Shown in pieces: positions 7,402 to 11,627 of a stretch of 11,627 nt of DNA. The stretch is taken from contig JABIGM010000060.1 of assembly GCA_018650165.1 (NCBI GenBank), positions 1-11,627 of the forward strand. Direction: 5' to 3'. This DNA comes from Methanobacteriota archaeon. GTDB taxonomy: Archaea > Thermoplasmatota > Poseidoniia > Poseidoniales > Poseidoniaceae. Every line of letters starts with the position of its first letter. The stretch's first letter is position 1. The notes under the pieces are model-generated. The model had not been told where the DNA came from. It made no database searches and saw nothing but the letters and a program-made list of their open reading frames with translations. The translations under genes and the position numbers were made by a program.

Positions 7402-7414
7402 ATTTATTTCTCCA

Positions 7415-9184
7415 TTATTTTTTGTATTGTTTACTCCAATTTGTTAGGTATGGCCATTCAGGCTTTACAGCCTTGCCATTCTTGAATGCCCTATTACCTG
7501 AGATTGAAATTGCATTCATCATTGATGATTCTGAAACTGTAAATTCGTTATCAGAAGCTATACGCTTCAATGCGATTCTTGCTTTAGGTGAATTGACCTG
7601 GTCGATAATACCAACCAGTAACGCGGCTTTAATCCATGCAGAGGTACGCATATCCATGATTCCATCAATCAACTGTTGAATGATAGATTGATTAGCAACA
7701 CGAGATATGCCAAGATGGTAAATAGTGAATTCACAACAAAATGGGTCAGTATTGATTGTAGGGTTAGTGTAAAGGCTTTCAGCCAAATTGGTCAGTTTTC
7801 GTTCAGCATCGCTATTTCTGCCAACCGTATTGGCTGCACTCAAAGTAGAGATCAGAATATTTCGAACTACTGGGTTTTCACCTAGATGGCGTCTGCTAGA
7901 GTACCGCCTTTGTGGGACTAAATTTTTGTCGTGCATTCCAATTAATTCAACTCCTAAGTTTGTATTGAGCCATATCTCAAGATCAACTCTGCCAAATGGC
8001 ATTACTGAGTTGTCAGGGATTTCCCAGTCATCGGAATCACCAGAATACAATTTGTTCCATGTTCCTCCTTGATTTCCACCATTAACAGAACTTGTAATCA
8101 ATTTAGGCATGCAGGTATTCATTTCAGAAATGTGGTTTCGTACTTGGATTATTGGTTTGGAAGCAAATCCACGAGAAATCAAAGAGGCAAGAATTCTCAA
8201 CGCTTTGTATTGGTCGAACAGCGAAAGGTTGTTTTGACACCAATTAGCAAAGGCATCAAATCGCTTAACAGGCTCTTCTTCAATTAGGTGAATCAGTCTT
8301 GAGATTTCAATGCCTAAAGATAGGTCGTTATCATCTAAATCAAATACAGAAGTAAATTCACAGACGCCCCCAGGGCCGTTATAGGTGTAAGGCATTACCG
8401 TAACCCCTCCCAAATCATCACAGGTGATTGTATCATTTGCAGTTAGGTGAGCATTGAAGTGAGGAATCTGTAGCAAAGCCTCTACATCGTTATACCATTC
8501 GGGAACTTTATGCCAAAATCCACCAATTGACAAAGCATTCTTTTTGCGAGGCTTTGGTTGGATGTTTAGACGGTCACCAAAACCGATAATCGTATCAATG
8601 GCTGGACACTTCATCAGCGAACAAGTCAAACTCCTTCTTCGAATGTTCAAGCTTCTCAGAGCGAGGCCTTTGTTAATCACAATATTATTGATGATTCTTT
8701 TACCACTCACTTCAATGGATTGTAAGGACCTGTCTCCGACAAGGGAAATATGAGACCACTCACCGTCAAGTTTTAGATCCGTAATCTCTGTTGTTTTGAG
8801 CATTAACGCATCCATGTCGCCACATTGAATTGTAGGGTCTCGAGTGATAATAGCGCCCCATATATTGCCAAGTGGTAGAGTTGGATTGGATGCATATCGA
8901 TGTAAATTGTAAAAATTGTTCCTGTCTTTGACACGCACTTCTTCGAACGCACCTCGAATTTTTATCGTTTGATGCGGATAGCTGTTGAAAGCAATCACTG
9001 CACCTGGGCTTTTGATATGGATAACCTCTAGTGAATCAATTTCATCTAGTGTCAGAATACTTCCGTATTCCACTTTGTTGATATGGATGATCTTGACATC
9101 GTTACCGACGAAACGAATATTTTCTTCCATATGGTAGATTTCGATCTCAGGCTCTTCAGGAATCGCTTTGTAAATTGTTGTCAT
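7415..9184 (-). CDS. Hypothetical protein with LRR-like beta-solenoid N-terminus and helical C-terminus
   Basis: 589-aa ORF with RBS AGAGGTGG at 9191..9198, ending 13 bp before the MoxR start. Recurring (L/I)xx(L/I)x(L/I/V) units every ~9-11 aa in residues ~30-200. Confidence 0.72.
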   Translation of the reverse strand: MTTIYKAIPEEPEIEIYHMEENIRFVGNDVKIIHINKVEYGSILTLDEIDSLEVIHIKSPGAVIAFNSYPHQTIKIRGAFEEVRVKDRNNFYNLHRYASNPTLPLGNIWGAIITRDPTIQCGDMDALMLKTTEITDLKLDGEWSHISLVGDRSLQSIEVSGKRIINNIVINKGLALRSLNIRRRSLTCSLMKCPAIDTIIGFGDRLNIQPKPRKKNALSIGGFWHKVPEWYNDVEALLQIPHFNAHLTANDTITCDDLGGVTVMPYTYNGPGGVCEFTSVFDLDDNDLSLGIEISRLIHLIEEEPVKRFDAFANWCQNNLSLFDQYKALRILASLISRGFASKPIIQVRNHISEMNTCMPKLITSSVNGGNQGGTWNKLYSGDSDDWEIPDNSVMPFGRVDLEIWLNTNLGVELIGMHDKNLVPQRRYSSRRHLGENPVVRNILISTLSAANTVGRNSDAERKLTNLAESLYTNPTINTDPFCCEFTIYHLGISRVANQSIIQQLIDGIMDMRTSAWIKAALLVGIIDQVNSPKARIALKRIASDNEFTVSESSMMNAISISGNRAFKNGKAVKPEWPYLTNWSKQYKK

Positions 9185-9443
9185 CCTAATCCACCTCTAT
9201 ATTGTCTACCAAAATTAATACTGATTATTTACCATCTAATCCAAATAAAAATCGGAAACAATCATCAAATCCTTAACCAAAAGGGGCATCTGCTCTTTCA
9301 GAGTTCTGCCCACCTTAGTAACATCCCTTGGGACCTTCTTAAGCCAGTCGGTTTGTGAAGGGATTAACAGATAAAATCGTAAAATCTTCAATAGATTTCA
9401 CGAGCTGATTTTGTACCATTCCACATTATGCTACCGGAAGAAA

Positions 9444-10328
9444 TCAGGTTTCGTACATTGAGAGCCTGGGCGTCTCAATTGCGCCAATCATAGAGTTTGT
9501 ATTGGAATTAGTATTGATGGCAACAATGAATTGCAAACTCTCTTCTTTACAGATATTTCTAATGAGATCGATTATGGTAATCGCCTCAAAATCATTAAGT
9601 GAATCAACATTGAATGGTGAAAAAATAGGCGTACACATTCCAAACACTCGCTTTTTCATAACAGCTTGAGCCAAATTAGCCAATAGCCGCAGCGGAGACG
9701 GCGCACCATTCCTAGCAGAATATCTTCTATTGCCAAAAGCATCGACATCGCCTCGTGTCGACCATCTTCCATCATAATCGATATCTAATCTAGAATCTAC
9801 AAATCCAACCATTCTAGCCCAATTATTTGAAAGGGCAACCAAGCTTTTCCGAGTGTGATTATCTATGGGCTTGAAGATAAGTGAATTATTGTTAAACAAC
9901 CCGCCATCATCAATTACGATCGGCTTGCCAAATTTACTTAACATCTGGATTACATCATGGTTTCTGTAGACAATACTATTCCCTATTTTTTGTAACCGTG
10001 CTTCAGTAGAATAGGGGCCAATGAAGCATCTTTGTAGCAAAAATTCACTATCATCAGTAACGAATCTAATACTACATTGGGTTTTGCGGTCATTTCCAAT
10101 TAGATGCTTTTTTGTTAACCGAACGTTTTGTTTTGACAAGATTTCAGGTGAATGATTATTGGTTGCAAACATTGCGCGTATAAGCGATAGAAAGTCGCCA
10201 ATTTCAAAATAATATTCTGCACTTATAATGGTGCAATTTTCTTCAAATGAAGCAGAAAATGGATACCACATGTGGCCAAAACCATCATGAGAAATAGAGA
10301 CTATTTTTCTTATAGTTTCGATAGCCAA
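9444..10328 (-). CDS. Degenerate (P-loop-less) ABC-ATPase paralog of the upstream gene
   Basis: 294 aa with TTG start, overlapping the upstream stop by 19 bp. It aligns by eye to 10310..11296 at the N-terminus, middle and C-terminus, but Walker A reads AEYYFEIGD and the Walker B DE is absent. The exact start is uncertain. Confidence 0.7.
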   Translation of the reverse strand: MAIETIRKIVSISHDGFGHMWYPFSASFEENCTIISAEYYFEIGDFLSLIRAMFATNNHSPEILSKQNVRLTKKHLIGNDRKTQCSIRFVTDDSEFLLQRCFIGPYSTEARLQKIGNSIVYRNHDVIQMLSKFGKPIVIDDGGLFNNNSLIFKPIDNHTRKSLVALSNNWARMVGFVDSRLDIDYDGRWSTRGDVDAFGNRRYSARNGAPSPLRLLANLAQAVMKKRVFGMCTPIFSPFNVDSLNDFEAITIIDLIRNICKEESLQFIVAINTNSNTNSMIGAIETPRLSMYET

Positions 10329-11296
10329 GCCCCCAATTTACCAAATGATGAAAACGGAGGATTGGAAACCACTAGGTGCCTATGGGTACGGTACACCTTA
10401 GGAACCCTAGGTTGCTTGATTGTAATTGGATTAATTCTACCATTGCTAAATCGCGAAGTCAAAATAAATTGGCATTTGTATCGATTTGCAAGAATTCTAA
10501 TCCCATCAAATAACACTTGGACGCCACTTCGACTAAGCCCAGTTTCCATTTCGTCGATTAGTATCACACGCGAATTATCCTCTTCATCAATTGCCATAGC
10601 GTGCATCAGAAATTTCGCCAGAGTTAGTACAATACTACTATCCCCTAAGGCAAGAGAACTGAGAGGCACAATCGTACCATTTCGATTCTCTATGACATAG
10701 GAATTGCCTCTTACCGATAGTTTTGATATTTTGCTACCCGCGGCCAATAGAAGTAAATTCAAGGCATCAATATACTCTGCTGATGGCCGAATATAGGATA
10801 AGGAATCATCAATTTCGGAAAAATGTAATTTTTTATTGTATGGATTAAACTTGGTGTAATCTTTGTATGGTCGCCAAAACGTATCAAATAATGTAACCGG
10901 CTTTAATTTTTTAAGATAAGCAAAGCCCTCGCTATCGCGTAAGAATTCCGCCTTATCTCCTTCGCCGATGTATAGGTGTAGATCTCTCGTAGTATTGCCT
11001 GAAATCACTCTTCGAAGGTAATGTATTTTACCGCCAGCGACAAATTTCAATTCAATTAATGATTCAGTGTAGTCATGACTTTCAACAAGCCATTTTCCAG
11101 GCCACTCTCGGCCAATGTCTGTGTCCAAAGCCTGTTTAATTAATACGACCAAAGAGGTCTTCCCACCCGAATTTTTACCAACAATTGTGCTAATCGCTTC
11201 ATCAAATTCAAAATTATGTAAACCCTCAAACGCCATAAAATTTCGACATGCCGCAGAAATTATTTTTGTGACGGGTATGTTTGGTTCTCTATTCAT
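10310..11296 (-). CDS. SMC/Rad50/RecF-like ABC ATPase head without coiled coil (AAA_15/AAA_21-like)
   Basis: N-terminal I.S..CRNF..F, Walker A GKNSGGKTS, signature-like LSSLALGD, Walker B/D-loop VILIDEMETGLS and QFILTS. Only 328 aa, so there is no room for long coiled coils. Confidence 0.88.
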   Translation of the reverse strand: MNREPNIPVTKIISAACRNFMAFEGLHNFEFDEAISTIVGKNSGGKTSLVVLIKQALDTDIGREWPGKWLVESHDYTESLIELKFVAGGKIHYLRRVISGNTTRDLHLYIGEGDKAEFLRDSEGFAYLKKLKPVTLFDTFWRPYKDYTKFNPYNKKLHFSEIDDSLSYIRPSAEYIDALNLLLLAAGSKISKLSVRGNSYVIENRNGTIVPLSSLALGDSSIVLTLAKFLMHAMAIDEEDNSRVILIDEMETGLSRSGVQVLFDGIRILANRYKCQFILTSRFSNGRINPITIKQPRVPKVYRTHRHLVVSNPPFSSFGKLGAWLSKL

Positions 11297-11301
11297 TTAT
11301 A

Positions 11302-11348
11302 CCCCTTCGAGAGTATTTTCCCCTCGAGGTATTGAAAAACCCCTCGGA
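11302..11348. repeat. Three imperfect tandem direct repeats, core CCCCT(T)CG
   Basis: + strand copies at 11302 (ccccttcgagagtatt), 11320 (cccctcgaggtatt) and 11340 (cccctcgga), spaced 18 and 20 nt apart. They lie immediately upstream of the ABC ATPase start. Confidence 0.65.
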
Positions 11349-11364
11349 AATCTCGGCTTAACAT

Positions 11365-11381
11365 TACAGTAACACACTGTA
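11365..11381. terminator. Short inverted repeat just downstream of the pgk stop (possible terminator/processing hairpin)
   Basis: TACAGT-aacac-ACTGTA, a 6-bp stem with 5-nt loop, 3 nt past the pgk TAA. The stem is weak and has no clear U-tract. Confidence 0.25.
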
Positions 11382-11384
11382 GGT

Positions 11385-11627
11385 TTATTGGTGGTCTAAA
11401 GGCTTAGAAATAGAGAAGCGAAATTGTCTTGCAGACTCTTCGAGAGAAGCTAGGCCTGGCAGGTTTCTTCCAGCAAGAAGTTCTAGACTTGCGCCGCCAC
11501 CTGTTGAAACGTGCCCCATCTTGTCGATTAATCCACGCTGATTGACTAGAGTTGCAGTGTGACCTCCGCCCATTACGGCATACCCTTCACTCTCCGCACA
11601 TGCGTTTAGCATCTCGACAGTTCCTAA
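11385..11627 (-). CDS. pgk: Phosphoglycerate kinase, C-terminal end (5' part outside the window)
   Basis: The frame is open to the edge (LGTVEMLNACAESEGYAVMGGGHT...KMGHVSTGGGASLELLAGRNLPGLASL). HVSTGGGASLE is the PGK C-terminal signature. GGGH instead of bacterial GGGD is the archaeal-type variant. Confidence 0.95.
   Translation of the reverse strand, partial: LGTVEMLNACAESEGYAVMGGGHTATLVNQRGLIDKMGHVSTGGGASLELLAGRNLPGLASLEESARQFRFSISKPLDHQ

Noticed and set aside
4914-9380. Recurring ATAAAA(A)(A)TCG in both intergenic gaps (near 4917, 9245 and 9371)
   Set aside because: It is low-complexity and AT-rich, with inconsistent distance to start codons, so it is likely chance.
9236-9391. 51-codon TTG-started - strand ORF in the intergenic gap (MKILRFYLLIPSQTDWLKKVPRDVTKVGRTLKEQMPLLVKDLMIVSDFYLD)
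   Set aside because: It is short, has only a weak GTGA upstream and no recognisable motif, so it cannot be told from chance without homologs or ribosome profiling.
262-11296. Calling the locus a dnd phosphorothioation or dpd cluster (DGQHR plus SMC-like ATPase)
   Set aside because: There is no cysteine desulfurase, PAPS-reductase-like DndC, DndE or tRNA-guanine transglycosylase-like gene. The ABC ATPase is too short and lacks the coiled coil of DndD.
9444-11296. Calling the ABC pair PARIS, Septu, Gabija/OLD or Wadjet
   Set aside because: No TOPRIM, HNH, UvrD or kleisin motifs are seen in either ORF. The partner looks like a degenerate paralog rather than a nuclease.
11302-11343. G-quadruplex or mini-CRISPR reading of the GGGG repeats
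   Set aside because: There are only three G4 tracts. The units are about 18-20 nt with no 30-40 nt unique spacers, and no cas genes are present.
376-11372. All + strand ORFs in the track (65-142 aa)
   Set aside because: They lie wholly or largely antisense to long - strand genes with recognisable motifs or RBSs, have no recognisable motifs of their own, and are Ser/Ile/Phe-rich as expected for shadow frames.
11385-11430. PGK tail (QFRFSISKPLDHQ) as evidence of an integration-altered 3' end
   Set aside because: PGK C-termini are naturally variable, and no second copy of the 3' end is present in the window to mark an att site.

Overview
All credible genes lie on the - strand. The right edge holds the 3' end of phosphoglycerate kinase (pgk). 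Its GGGH motif and the GGAGGTGA-like ribosome-binding sites point to an archaeal host. Downstream is an ~11.3 kb accessory region in three blocks. (1) A coiled-coil-less SMC/Rad50-type ABC ATPase overlaps a tandem paralog that has lost its Walker A and B motifs. (2) An LRR-like 589-aa protein is followed by a MoxR-type AAA+ ATPase and a HExxH metallopeptidase-vWA (DUF2201-type) protein. (3) A tightly coupled run encodes a Cys-rich protein, a PPP-family metallophosphoesterase, an unannotated caspase/CHAT-like His-Cys protease candidate, a large DGQHR (DndB-like, ParB/Srx fold) protein ending in a CCHC zinc knuckle, and a T5orf172/GIY-YIG nuclease absent from the ORF track and cut by the left edge. 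I do not recognise this combination as a named system; it looks like a candidate defence/conflict locus. All family calls come from reading motifs by eye, with no database searches. No RNA genes, CRISPR array, integrase or transposase were seen.
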